From Armatimonadota bacterium (GTDB lineage: Bacteria; Armatimonadota; Zipacnadia; Zipacnadales; UBA5352), in NCBI GenBank assembly GCA_034722055.1, contig JAYENL010000154.1:24444-80841 (forward strand): a stretch of 56,398 bases of DNA, in the 5' to 3' direction. A model generated the notes under the pieces. It saw nothing but the letters and a program-made list of their open reading frames with translations. It made no database searches and was not told where the DNA came from. Of the stretch, positions 1 through 10,229 are shown piece after piece; positions within the stretch are counted from its first letter, which is position 1; each line of letters starts with the position of its first letter. The position numbers were made by a program, and so were the translations under genes.

Positions 1-323
1 GCGGTACTGATCAGGCCGATGGCGCGCGCCAGCCATCCGCTGCTGGCCCATGAGCGGCTGGCCTCGATGGAAGCGTAGACCCCGGCTACCGCGCCGATCA
101 GCAGTCCCGAGCCCAGGCCCATGCCGGGCGCGAACGGGGCGCGGGAGGGGATGGTGGCGACCACGCCGGCGATCACCAGCGCCGCGTACCACAGCACCAG
201 CGAGAGAGGCGGTCCGGGTCCCTCGTCGTGTCCCTGGCGCCTCTCCACCAGCGCCTGAACGTTCGAGTACACCAGTCCCAGGGCCGCCACAACCAGGGAC
301 ACAGCGGCGAGTATCGTAGCCAC
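1..323 (-). CDS. partial hydrophobic (membrane) protein; N-terminal part only, the gene runs off the left edge
   Basis: Reverse-strand reading frame is open from a GTG at 321-323 (preceded by GGAGGG) to position 1. The translation is rich in A/L/V/G with helix-like runs. No family recognised. Confidence 0.3.
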   Translation of the reverse strand, partial: MATILAAVSLVVAALGLVYSNVQALVERRQGHDEGPGPPLSLVLWYAALVIAGVVATIPSRAPFAPGMGLGSGLLIGAVAGVYASIEASRSWASSGWLARAIGLIST

Positions 324-533
324 GCGGATCCCTCCCCCGTCACGTGCCCGTCATGCTGTCTACTACTTCTGACAGCAACGAAGCCCTATCGGTTCCCTGC
401 GGCGCTTCTGTCCAATGCTCAGGGAGGCTCACCGGTCGGTCACGGGGAACCCGACTCCCGCTCGGCCGCCAGCGTCTGCTGTATTATGCATGCGTTGCGT
501 GGCACATCGGTGGCAGCCCCGGAGTGATGTCGA

Positions 534-3500
534 ATGCGAACCGCTCGGAGCCTGCTGCTGGCGGCGGTCGTCGCGGCCGCTGTGCCAGCCCTGCGCACAG
601 AGGCGCAGGAGATGAACACCAACTCGGAGAGCGTCATCGTGACCCCGCAGATGCGCGCCAACGCCATCGCCAACTGCCGGCGCTTCGACTGGGCGCGCAG
701 CTACCGCGACCGCCTCATCGCCCAGGTCGAGCCGTGGATGGACATGTCGGATGAACAGCTGTGGCGCCTGCTGCCCAGCCAACAGATGCCCCGGGACTCG
801 GGCGTCAACCGCGGCGACGGCTGCCCCAACTGCGGCCAGGAGCACTACAAGGCCCCCTACTCCCCCTCCCGCTGGCGCGTGGACTTCTTCGAGCATCCCT
901 GGAAGGTCCGCTGCGCCAACTGCGACCAGTGGTTCCCCGCCAACGACTTCGCCGCCTACTATCGCAGCGCTCTGGACGAGCAGGGCAAGTTCCGCCTGGG
1001 CGCCGGCGATCCGCGGTACCTGCAGCCCGCGGAGGGCCTGCCGGCGGAGTGGGTGGATGACGGCACCGGGGTCGAGATCGACGGCAAGAAGTGGTTCTTC
1101 GCCGCCAACTACGCCTTCAGGCTGTGGCAGAAGATGCTGGATGTCACGGAGAAGATGGCGGTGGTCTATACCCTCACCGAGGACCCGGTATATGCCCACA
1201 AGGCCGGTGTGCTGCTCGACCGCATGGCCGATCTGTACCCGGAGATGGACTACATGCCTCACTACAGGCTGGGCATGGAGGCCTCCACAGGCGGCTCCGG
1301 CCGGGGGCGCATCCAGGGCAAGATCTGGGAGACCTGGACGGCCCAGAAGCTCAGCCTGGCCTACGATCATATCCATGACGCTCTGATGAAGGACCAGGCG
1401 CTGGTGGAGTTCTCATCGCGCATGGCCGCCGCCCACGGCACTGGCGACAAGTCCTCTCCGGAGGCCATCGAGGCGCACATTGAGGACCACCTGCTGCGGG
1501 AGTTCATCGCCGGCGTGCTGGACGGGCGCATCCGCGGCAATCCCGGCATGCACCAGTACGCCATGGCCTGCGCCGCCATCGCGCTGGACGAGCCCCAGGA
1601 GACCGAGGACGCGCTGGACTGGCTCTTCGATGCCCGTGGCGGCGCCCTCCCCTATGTGCTGCAGGAGCGCCTCGGCCGCGAGGGGTTCAGCAACGAGGCG
1701 GCCCTGGGCTACTCCCGCATCCCCGCCCGGACGCTCTACCGGAGCGCGGAGCTGCTCAACCGCTACGCACGCTACCGCAAGCACGATCTGATCCGGGACT
1801 ACCCCAAGTTCCGCAACTGCTACACCATGTGCGCCAAGGTCCGGATGATCGACACCTACACTCCCAACTGGGGCGACGGCGACAAGTGCATGAACTTCGG
1901 CACCACGGGCATGACCATCCCCGTGGAGATGGCGCTGCAGGGCTACCGCATCTTCGGGACGCCGGAGATCGGCCGCGAGCTGTGGTTCGCCAACGGCAAG
2001 GGCCTCGACAACGTCTTCGCCATCAGGCCCTCGCGGGGCAACGTCGCCGAGCACGTGCACTTCCACCTCTACGAGGAGAGCCCCGAGGAGATCCTGGCGG
2101 ACCTGCGGGAGGACCTGGCGGAGCCGCCCGGGCCGCTGGCCAGCTACAACTCCGGCGGCTACGGGCAGGCCGTGCTGCAGGCGCCGTGGCGGGAGGAGCC
2201 GCGGGCGCTCGGCCTCTACTACGGCCGCATGGGCGGCCACGGCCACCATGACCGGCTCAACTACCTGCTGGTGGCGCACAACGTCGTCAACACGCCCGAC
2301 ATGGGCTACCCGCTCTACTGCACCTCCTCGTGGAAGAAGCGGTTCGCCTGGACCGACCACGTCATCAGCCACAACACATGCATGGTCAACGAGACCACCC
2401 CGGATGACGAGTCCTACTCCGGCAAGACCCGGCTGTTCGACGAGGCCGGCCCCGTCCGCGTGGCCGACATCGACGGCGGCGAGGTCTACGAGGGCGTCTC
2501 CACCTTCCGCCGCTGCATGGTGATGGTGGACGCAGATGAGGCGCGCTCCTACGTCCTGGATCTGTTCTGGGTGCGTGGCGGCACGAACCACCGCCTGATC
2601 CAGAACGGGGGCGGCCCGGAGGTCACCCACTCCGGGCTGGAGCTGATCGACCAGCCCACGGGGACCTACGCCGGCCCGGACGTGGAGTTCGGCGAGGAGT
2701 ACGATGGCCAGCACACCTCGCAGTACGCCGGCACCGGCTTCTCCTACCTCAGGGACGTGCAGCGGGCGCAGCCTGAGGGCGACTTCTGGGTGGACTGGCG
2801 CCTCGTCGAGCCCAGGCGGGAGATGCCCGAGGGCTGGGAGGCGCATCTGCGGGTGCACAGCCTCTCGCCGGTCGATGAGGTGGCGCTGTGCACTGGCGTT
2901 CCGCCGCGCTTCAAGGGGAATCCCGAGAGCCTCCGCTACCTGCTCCGCTCCCGCTTCGGCGAGGGCCTCAGCACCCAGTTCATCTCTATCCTGGAGCCAT
3001 ATGCGCACGAGCCTTTCATCACCGGCGCCCGCGTGCTGCGCGATGATGAGACTCCGGAGGGCTTCGTGGCTGCAGTGGAGGTGGAGCTGACCAGCGGGGC
3101 GCGCGACGTCCTCCTGGTGGCTGAACGCGAGGCCCAGATGGCCGCCGGCGGGGCCACCATGCACGGCCGCGTGGGGCTGTGCCGCTTCCGCGACGGGGAG
3201 CCGGAGACCCTCGCGCTCATCCAGGGGACTCGCCTCGCCGCGGGCGGCGAGGCGCTGACACTGCCCTCGCCGGCCATCCGCGGGAGGCTGGCCGGCTGGG
3301 ATGACTCCGACCCGGCCCGCGTCCTGCTTCACCTCGATCCGGATGCGGAGCTGCCGGATGAGGTGGTCGGGAAGTACATCATCATCGACAACGAGGAGCG
3401 CTCCGATGCCAGCTTCCGCATCGAGGAGGTCCTGGACGCCGACACCATCAGCATCGGCCAGAACTCCCTGGTGGAGCGCTTCGTTGACCGCACCGACTAC

Positions 3501-3593
3501 AGCAAGGGGCTGATCTACCTGGTGCAGGAGGGCAATGCGATCCTGGTGCCGCTCTCAGCGTTCGCCGCAGACGATGGGGGTGCGCGCGGATGA
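534..3593 (+). CDS. large secreted protein, possibly a polysaccharide-lyase/heparinase II/III-like fold, carrying a CxxC...CxxC zinc-ribbon-like insert
   Basis: 1019-aa ORF whose N-terminus looks like a signal peptide (MRTARSLLLAAVVAAAVPALRTEAQE). It contains CPNCGQEHY...CANCDQWFP (two CxxC pairs). Its stop overlaps the next start (ATGA at 3590-3593). The family assignment is from memory and weak. Confidence 0.55.
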   Translation: MRTARSLLLAAVVAAAVPALRTEAQEMNTNSESVIVTPQMRANAIANCRRFDWARSYRDRLIAQVEPWMDMSDEQLWRLLPSQQMPRDSGVNRGDGCPNCGQEHYKAPYSPSRWRVDFFEHPWKVRCANCDQWFPANDFAAYYRSALDEQGKFRLGAGDPRYLQPAEGLPAEWVDDGTGVEIDGKKWFFAANYAFRLWQKMLDVTEKMAVVYTLTEDPVYAHKAGVLLDRMADLYPEMDYMPHYRLGMEASTGGSGRGRIQGKIWETWTAQKLSLAYDHIHDALMKDQALVEFSSRMAAAHGTGDKSSPEAIEAHIEDHLLREFIAGVLDGRIRGNPGMHQYAMACAAIALDEPQETEDALDWLFDARGGALPYVLQERLGREGFSNEAALGYSRIPARTLYRSAELLNRYARYRKHDLIRDYPKFRNCYTMCAKVRMIDTYTPNWGDGDKCMNFGTTGMTIPVEMALQGYRIFGTPEIGRELWFANGKGLDNVFAIRPSRGNVAEHVHFHLYEESPEEILADLREDLAEPPGPLASYNSGGYGQAVLQAPWREEPRALGLYYGRMGGHGHHDRLNYLLVAHNVVNTPDMGYPLYCTSSWKKRFAWTDHVISHNTCMVNETTPDDESYSGKTRLFDEAGPVRVADIDGGEVYEGVSTFRRCMVMVDADEARSYVLDLFWVRGGTNHRLIQNGGGPEVTHSGLELIDQPTGTYAGPDVEFGEEYDGQHTSQYAGTGFSYLRDVQRAQPEGDFWVDWRLVEPRREMPEGWEAHLRVHSLSPVDEVALCTGVPPRFKGNPESLRYLLRSRFGEGLSTQFISILEPYAHEPFITGARVLRDDETPEGFVAAVEVELTSGARDVLLVAEREAQMAAGGATMHGRVGLCRFRDGEPETLALIQGTRLAAGGEALTLPSPAIRGRLAGWDDSDPARVLLHLDPDAELPDEVVGKYIIIDNEERSDASFRIEEVLDADTISIGQNSLVERFVDRTDYSKGLIYLVQEGNAILVPLSAFAADDGGARG

Positions 3594-5788
3594 CCCTCAT
3601 CGGCTCGCGCACGAGCATCGCCGCCGCCTGGCTCCTGGCCCTGCTGCTGAGCGTGGGGCAGGCCGGCTGCCAGCAGCCTGTGGACCACGCCTCCATCGAC
3701 GCCGGCGCCACCATCAGCGGACCCCGCAACGCCTCCGGCAGCGCCGACCAGCCGAGGTGCGCCATCGACGGCGAGATCGCCGACGTGGGTCCCTCCCGCG
3801 GCTACTCCTGGGCGTGGCTCGATACCCCCACCGTGGTCACCTTCGCCGAGCCGGCGGTCATTGACACCGTGGAGGTGGTCCTGTCCGAGAGCTACGGACA
3901 GGCCTACAGCTACCGGCTGAGCGTCTCCGCGGACGGTGCCGACTGGCAGGTCGTCGCCGACCTCTCCGATACCCCGGTGCGCGGGCTGCAGATGCACCAG
4001 TTTCAGCCGGTGGAGGCAGAGCGTCTGCGCCTGGAGTTCACCGACACCACGCTGCACGTGCGCAGCTATCACATCGTGGAGATCGCCGCCTGGCACCTGG
4101 GGGAGGAGGTCGCCGTCGGGCCTCTTGGTCGCCGCTTCGCCGATGTCCGGCGGAGGCGCACCATGGAGGCCGTGGGGCTGCTCGGCGCCCAGCCGGCGCA
4201 GGAGGCCCTCAGCGATGACGACCTGCAGCAACGCATGCACCGCATGGAGGACGGGCAGACCTTCCCGCATCAGCTCGCCGATGGGACGAGGGCGCTGATC
4301 GCCCGCGACGGCCATAATACCATCATCGTCATCGACGATGACGGAGACATGGCCGAGGACGCCACCAGCGCCGACTGGGACAGCGACTGCCTGGCGGTGG
4401 ACACCGACGGCGACGGCCTGCTGGAGCGGACCATCGACTACGATGACCTCGACGGCGACGCCGTCGCCGACCGCATGGTCCAGACCTACACCCAGCGCCA
4501 CACCTGGGGGCGAGACCCGTTCATGGTCCTCATACGCGACTTCGACCACGGACCGCTGAGCCTCTGGGCGCTGCACGATTACGGCTACATCCAGGGCCTG
4601 TGCCAGTGGGACTGCGACTTTGCCGGCGACGGGTACTTCGTCATGTTCCGCCGCTCCCGCGAGGGCGATCGCTGGATCGCTGCACTGGAGGCGCCCTTCT
4701 GCTTCTACGATCCCGACGACGATGGCCTTCCCGAGGAGACCATCCGCATCACCGCCACCGACACTCATTTGCGCTCGCTGCGCTACGGCATCAACGCCGA
4801 CAACGATAGCACCGAGGGCCAGCTCTACGACTACGATCTGTCCGTCACCTGCCTCGGTTCGCCAGAGCTGCCGGGTGACGCGGCTGAGACCTTCGTGCAT
4901 CGCAGCGGCGACAGCGCCGGGCCCTTCCTCGCCTGGGAGACGGGCCGGGAGACCGCCCGCGGGCTCGACTGGGAGCGCGCCCTGCTCATCTGGGACGAGA
5001 ACGACCACAACGTCGCCGCCCGGAGGGCCGACCGCGAGCGCTGGGAGGGCATTATCAACGCCCGCTACCGCGACTTCCCGCAGGTGGGCGGCCCGCCCAC
5101 GATGCGCCAGAACAAGCGCTTCGAGCTGGACGCAGACTTCTCGGGCCACATGCACCTCTACTTCTGGCCTGCCGACGGGCGGCTGCACCTGCATGGGGCC
5201 GAGGTCGGCACGCTCCAGGCCGACTACGATTACAACGGGCGTCCGGAGCTGGTCATCGAGTACGCGGATACCGACGAGGACGGCTACTTCGACCAACGCA
5301 CCTTCTCGTACCCAGGGACCGGTCTCCCCGACCGGCGCATGAAGGGCCCGCGCAGCTACGGGCTGGCCGGCGATGACTCCGCGACGTACCCCTATGCCTG
5401 GGAGGCCATCTGCGGCTTCTGGCCGGAGGAGCTGCAGCGCTGGGCCGATGACTGCGCGGATCTCCTGGACGCACTTGACGGGGCGGCGGAGGCTCTCGGC
5501 GTCGAGCCCTTCACCGGGCCCATGGACTTCTACCTGGGCGCCACGGAGCGCGACTTCAAGCACATCGAGCGCCTCCGCGCCAGCCGCGAGTCCCGCCGCT
5601 ACTACCAGGACCTGGCGGTGGAGCTGGGCCTGGCGCACCTGTGCCACGACGCCGAGCAGGCGGGCGCCGGAACGGCTCAGCGCGAGCGAATCTCGTGGGC
5701 CATCCGGCAGTGGCACACCGGGATGCCGGCCACAGCCGCCAGTACGCTGCGGAGCATCGCGGAGATGTCGCAAGCCGGCGGGCCGTAG
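3590..5788 (+). CDS. secreted F5/8 type C (discoidin) domain protein with Asp-rich Ca-binding-like repeats
   Basis: N-terminal signal or lipobox-like segment (LLSVGQAGC). Discoidin-like pattern (AIDGEIADVG...YSWAWLD...YRLSVSADGADWQVVADL). D-rich DxDxDG-type stretches (DTDGDGLLERTIDYDDLDGDAVAD). ATGA start/stop overlap with the upstream gene. Confidence 0.65.
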   Translation: MTLIGSRTSIAAAWLLALLLSVGQAGCQQPVDHASIDAGATISGPRNASGSADQPRCAIDGEIADVGPSRGYSWAWLDTPTVVTFAEPAVIDTVEVVLSESYGQAYSYRLSVSADGADWQVVADLSDTPVRGLQMHQFQPVEAERLRLEFTDTTLHVRSYHIVEIAAWHLGEEVAVGPLGRRFADVRRRRTMEAVGLLGAQPAQEALSDDDLQQRMHRMEDGQTFPHQLADGTRALIARDGHNTIIVIDDDGDMAEDATSADWDSDCLAVDTDGDGLLERTIDYDDLDGDAVADRMVQTYTQRHTWGRDPFMVLIRDFDHGPLSLWALHDYGYIQGLCQWDCDFAGDGYFVMFRRSREGDRWIAALEAPFCFYDPDDDGLPEETIRITATDTHLRSLRYGINADNDSTEGQLYDYDLSVTCLGSPELPGDAAETFVHRSGDSAGPFLAWETGRETARGLDWERALLIWDENDHNVAARRADRERWEGIINARYRDFPQVGGPPTMRQNKRFELDADFSGHMHLYFWPADGRLHLHGAEVGTLQADYDYNGRPELVIEYADTDEDGYFDQRTFSYPGTGLPDRRMKGPRSYGLAGDDSATYPYAWEAICGFWPEELQRWADDCADLLDALDGAAEALGVEPFTGPMDFYLGATERDFKHIERLRASRESRRYYQDLAVELGLAHLCHDAEQAGAGTAQRERISWAIRQWHTGMPATAASTLRSIAEMSQAGGP

Positions 5789-5830
5789 ACGCTCTCGCTC
5801 CGAACACCTGACGCACACGGGGGCTTCGCT

Positions 5831-8800
5831 ATGAGGCGCGTCACGGTTGCACTCATGCTCCTGCTGCTCCCGACGATGGCGGTCGCACAGGAGCCGCGAC
5901 TGCTGTTCTACCTCTCGCTCGACGAGACCGCTCGAGCGGCGTGGGCCGCCGGCGAGACTCCCGTCGGCGGCGCCTCAGCCGCCGATGTCATCCTCTATGA
6001 GCTGGCCGGGCGCTTCGAGGACGGCCGCGTCGGACGGGGCCGGCTGTTTGAGAGGGGTGGGGTGGAGTATCTCGCCGAGGGCAACCTCAACCGCGAGCGA
6101 GGCACGCTCGCATTGTGGGCGAAGATCGGCTGGGACGGCACCCGTGAGGACCTTTACTGCACGTTCTTTGGCATGGACGAGTGGGGGCTGCTCTACAAGT
6201 ACACCGACCAGACCCTCCTCACCTTCGGCTGGATCAAGTCCGACGGGCAGTTCGACTACGGCTGCACCGCCGACATCGCCCGCTGGCGCGCCGGGCAGTG
6301 GCACCACATCGCCATCACCTGGGACGCGCCGGCCGGCGTGCGCCACATCTACCTCGACGGCGCGCTCGCCGCGGAAGGCGGTATCCCCTCGATGGGCGAG
6401 GGCGATCCCCGCATGTCCGTGGGCATCAGCTACACCAACAGCCACCCCGCCCGCTCAGTGATCGATGAGCTCTACATCTGGGACCGGCCGCTGACGGCGG
6501 AGCAGATCGCGCAGGTGCGAGCCGCCGGCCTGGCCGGTGAGCGGGCGTGGGAGCTGCCTCCCGGCGCCGGAGCCGCCGAGGATCAGTTGCAGCCGCCCGC
6601 CGGCGAGAGGCCGCCGCTGCCGGGGCAGGTGGACTGGAGCCTCGATGACGCCGAGCGCCTCTCGAGCGTCACCCGCCTGCGCGTCTGCCTCAACGGCCTC
6701 TGGCGCTTCCACCCGGATGCTGACAGCGATGACGGCTGGTGCCTGCTGCGCGTTCCCGGCGTGTGGACTTCGCCAAGCTACGTGGTGCGCGATGCCGACT
6801 TCCAGCCCGTCAGCCGCTGGGGCGGCAAGCCTCTCCGCGAGTGGCATCGCGCCTGGTACGAGCGCACCTTCGAGCTCCCGGATGACTGGCCCGACGGCCG
6901 GCAGTACGTGCTGGGGCTGGACTCGGTGCGCAGCGTTGGCGAGGTCTTCCTCAACGGCCGGCGCATCGGCCGCGCGCGGGAGTACGAGCGCGCTCGGTTC
7001 GACGTCAGCGAGATGCTCGAGCCCGATGGTGAGAACCTGCTGCAGGTCCACGTGCTGGGGCTGGGCGGAGGCTGGAGCGCCATGCGCGGCATCGACGCCG
7101 ACGTCTGGCTGGAGGCGCGCCCGCCCGGCGGTGTGCCGAAGCTCTCACACGTCGCCCTCCGCCCGCGCGTGAGCCAGGGCCTGCTGGAGGCGGGAGCCTA
7201 CTTCGACCGTGGCGCCGGGCGGGCGGCGGTCCAGGTCGAGATCGCCGACGCTGGCGGCGAGGTCGTCCGATCGCTGACCGGCCCGGTGCAGCCGGTGGCA
7301 GGGGACTCCATCATCCTGGCGATCGAGTGGCCCGATGCGCACCTGTGGACGCCGGCCGACCCCTACCTGTACTCGGCGACGGTCCGCCTGGTCGATGGCG
7401 ATGGCCGTGTCCTGGATGAGCTGCCCCCGGAACGCTTCGGCATGAGGGAGCTCACGATTCGCGACGGGGACTTCTACCTCAACGGTGTGAAGATCCACCT
7501 CGTCGGCCAGGCCTCCCCACCCTTCGGCCAGATCAGCTTCTGCGCGGCGGAGGAGTACATCCGGGAGTGGTATCGGCGCCTCAGAGCGGTGGGCTGCTTT
7601 GCGGTCCGTGAGTACACCGGCGCCTGGCGGGCCGGCTACCGGTGCGTGTGGCGCGAGCTCTACTACGATATCGCCGACGAGATGGGCATGATCATCTTCT
7701 CGCACGTGCCGGGCGCGGGCAACCTCTGGCAGCAGATCGATGATGAGCGCGTGCGCGAGGGCCTGCACCGCCGCATCGCCGACTACGTGGCGCGATACGG
7801 CAACCACGCCTGCTGCGCCATGTGGTTCCAGCACTTCAACACTGGCGCCTACACCGGGGACATCCGCCCGGACTGGATGGATGGCTCTCATCCGCCGGAC
7901 GAGCATCCGGAGATGCGCCATGCCCTTTTCGCCCGCCATGCCGCCATGCGATGGTGCGAGGAGCAGCTTCGGGAGATCGACCGCGACGCGAGGCCCATCT
8001 TTCACCACGCCGCCGGCGACTTCGGCGAGGTCTACACCTGCAACGCCTACCTCAACTTCGACATCCCGCTGCAGGAGCGCGAGGAGTGGCCGTCAGCCTG
8101 GGCGCAGGTGCGCCACAAGCCGCTGATGCCCGTCGAGACCGGCTTCCCCTGCATCCTGAGCTGGTACCAGGAGCGCCACGGTTCGCTCGCCGACGTCTAC
8201 GCCTCGGAGCCGCTGTTCGAGGAGTACGCGGCGGCGACGCTCGGCGACCGCCCGTATGAGGCGCTGCCCGACGACGCAATGGATATCATCAAGCCCGGCG
8301 AGTGGCACTGCAACCTGGATCGGCTGAAGTACGGGCTGCCCAGCTACCAGCAGCTCAAGGAGGTGTGGGGCGAGCGGACGGTGCGCTCCTGGCGCACCTG
8401 GGGGATCTCGCACTGCCAGCACGTGGAGTACCGCGACTGCTGGGAGTACGAGCGGGTGCCGGTGGAACTGTCCCTGCCCGGGCCGAAGCAGTTCGGCCTG
8501 TCCTTCGACGCCGATGAGCCGACGATCCAGCGCGCCACCAGACTCACGCCGCTGGGCGAGGCCATGCAGCGGGCGAACATGCCGGTGCTGGCCTACATCG
8601 CCGGGCCCCCGGACAACTGGCCGGCCAAGGACCACGCCTTCTTCGCCGGCGAGCGCTTCGAGCGGACGCTGGTGGCCATCAATGACCGCTTCGAGCCGCT
8701 GCCCTGCAGGCTGCACTGGGCGCTGCGCGACGCGGACGGGGCGCGGCTGGACGGCGGCTCCCTCCACCTCACGCTGCAGCCAGGGGAGATCAGCCGCACG

Positions 8801-10216
8801 CCTATCTCACTGGTCGCGCCGGAGGTGGCGAGGCGGACAGAGCTGACGATGACCCTGGACCTCAGAGCAAACGGGCGTAGGCTTTCCGAGGACGAGCTGC
8901 CAGTGCAGGTGTGGCCGAGGCCGCCGCGGCCGGAGGTCGCGGAGGCGCGCGTGGGACTTATCGACGCCGGCCACGGCACCGCCGGGGCGCTGCGGGAGGC
9001 GGGCGTGGCGGCCGAGCCGGTCGGGCCCGCGACCGACCTGCAGCGGCTGGACGTGCTGATCGTGGGCGCGAGGTCCTTCGACGCGCACCTGCTCGGCGAG
9101 CTGCACGCTCAGGAGGCAATGCAGGGCGGCCTGCGCGTGATCGTCTTCGAACAGACACAGCCCTACGGCGGGCTGCTGCTGGATGACCCCAACGCCCGGC
9201 ACGTCTTCATCCGCGCGCCCGAGCACCCCCTGCTGGCCGGCCTGACCGACGCCGATCTGGCCGACTGGCGCGGCCAGAGCACGCTGACCGAGCCCTACCC
9301 TGTGGCCGAGGACCTGGAGGGGCGCTACCCCGAGGAGTTCTGGCGGTGGAGCAACAACGGCACCGTGGCCAGCTTCGCCTTCGAAAAGCCCCAGCGGGGC
9401 GGGTTCGAGGTGCTGGCCGATTGCAGCTTCGACAGCATGTACACCCCGCTGCTGGCGTGGCGCATCGGCCGCGGCCGGGCGCTGCTCTGCCAGCTTGATG
9501 TCACCAGCCGCTACGGGCGCGACCCCGTCGCCACACTGCTCGTGCATCGGATGCTGGAGTGGGCCGCTGGCGCCGGCCTGGCGCCCGAGCCGGGAGGCGT
9601 GGCCTACCTGGGCGGCGAGCAGGGCCGCGCGCTGCTGTGGGAGCTGGGCTGCGAGGTGGAGCGTGTACCGTCCTCGGCCGGGGCGGCGAATGCGGCGCTG
9701 TTGGTCATCGGCGAGGTCGAGGACGCGACAACGCTCTCCACCGCGCCCCGGCCGCCAGCCCTGATGCTGCTCCCCCAGGCCCTGCCGGACGTCGCCGAGG
9801 CGCTGGGGCTGGCGACTGAGCCGGCGCACTTCTTCCGCCTGCAGCGGCCCCCGACGCCGAATCCTGCCTTCCGCGGGCTCTGTGCGGCGGACCTGTATCT
9901 GAAGCAGTGGGTGGAGGCGCCGGCGCTGGTCGGCGAGGACTTGGCCGTGACTGCACCGGCGGTCGCGGGCCGAACCACGGTCGGCGGCTCGACGGTCTAC
10001 ATCTGCGGCATCGACCCCGGCGTGATCCAGGGCCAGCGCCAGCGCGCCAAGGCCCTCCGGCTGGTCGCCACGATCCTCAGCAACGCCGCCGCCGAGGCCA
10101 ACGTATCGCTGCCAGCACTGGATATCGCCGCCGGTTCCGTGGAGGTCGCCTCGGAGGGCTCGCCGTACGCTCTGGAGGCCCTCACCTACAATCCCTACGA
10201 GTACCGCCGGTGGTAG
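5831..10216 (+). CDS. giant secreted LamG/ConA-like + glycoside hydrolase family 2-like multi-domain protein
   Basis: 1461 aa, signal peptide MRRVTVALMLLLLPTMAVAQE. N-terminal LamG-like jelly-roll (WHHIAITWDAPAGVRHIYLDGAL...DELYIWDRPLTAEQI). Followed by GH2-like sugar-binding and TIM-barrel segments (LNGLWRFHP..., FLNGRRIGRAREYERARFDVSEML, GMIIFSHVPG...). Assignment is from motif memory only. Confidence 0.7.
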   Translation: MRRVTVALMLLLLPTMAVAQEPRLLFYLSLDETARAAWAAGETPVGGASAADVILYELAGRFEDGRVGRGRLFERGGVEYLAEGNLNRERGTLALWAKIGWDGTREDLYCTFFGMDEWGLLYKYTDQTLLTFGWIKSDGQFDYGCTADIARWRAGQWHHIAITWDAPAGVRHIYLDGALAAEGGIPSMGEGDPRMSVGISYTNSHPARSVIDELYIWDRPLTAEQIAQVRAAGLAGERAWELPPGAGAAEDQLQPPAGERPPLPGQVDWSLDDAERLSSVTRLRVCLNGLWRFHPDADSDDGWCLLRVPGVWTSPSYVVRDADFQPVSRWGGKPLREWHRAWYERTFELPDDWPDGRQYVLGLDSVRSVGEVFLNGRRIGRAREYERARFDVSEMLEPDGENLLQVHVLGLGGGWSAMRGIDADVWLEARPPGGVPKLSHVALRPRVSQGLLEAGAYFDRGAGRAAVQVEIADAGGEVVRSLTGPVQPVAGDSIILAIEWPDAHLWTPADPYLYSATVRLVDGDGRVLDELPPERFGMRELTIRDGDFYLNGVKIHLVGQASPPFGQISFCAAEEYIREWYRRLRAVGCFAVREYTGAWRAGYRCVWRELYYDIADEMGMIIFSHVPGAGNLWQQIDDERVREGLHRRIADYVARYGNHACCAMWFQHFNTGAYTGDIRPDWMDGSHPPDEHPEMRHALFARHAAMRWCEEQLREIDRDARPIFHHAAGDFGEVYTCNAYLNFDIPLQEREEWPSAWAQVRHKPLMPVETGFPCILSWYQERHGSLADVYASEPLFEEYAAATLGDRPYEALPDDAMDIIKPGEWHCNLDRLKYGLPSYQQLKEVWGERTVRSWRTWGISHCQHVEYRDCWEYERVPVELSLPGPKQFGLSFDADEPTIQRATRLTPLGEAMQRANMPVLAYIAGPPDNWPAKDHAFFAGERFERTLVAINDRFEPLPCRLHWALRDADGARLDGGSLHLTLQPGEISRTPISLVAPEVARRTELTMTLDLRANGRRLSEDELPVQVWPRPPRPEVAEARVGLIDAGHGTAGALREAGVAAEPVGPATDLQRLDVLIVGARSFDAHLLGELHAQEAMQGGLRVIVFEQTQPYGGLLLDDPNARHVFIRAPEHPLLAGLTDADLADWRGQSTLTEPYPVAEDLEGRYPEEFWRWSNNGTVASFAFEKPQRGGFEVLADCSFDSMYTPLLAWRIGRGRALLCQLDVTSRYGRDPVATLLVHRMLEWAAGAGLAPEPGGVAYLGGEQGRALLWELGCEVERVPSSAGAANAALLVIGEVEDATTLSTAPRPPALMLLPQALPDVAEALGLATEPAHFFRLQRPPTPNPAFRGLCAADLYLKQWVEAPALVGEDLAVTAPAVAGRTTVGGSTVYICGIDPGVIQGQRQRAKALRLVATILSNAAAEANVSLPALDIAAGSVEVASEGSPYALEALTYNPYEYRRW

Positions 10217-10229
10217 GGAGCCCCGATAG

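Noticed and set aside
1413-3332. 639-aa minus-strand ORF antisense to the 534..3593 gene
   Set aside because: Same GC-driven artefact. No start context and no recognisable motifs.
3515-5818. 767-aa minus-strand ORF antisense to the discoidin-domain gene
   Set aside because: GC-rich antisense shadow. Its translation is low-complexity (R/A/G/P-rich) with no motifs, while the sense strand has a clear domain architecture and operon coupling.
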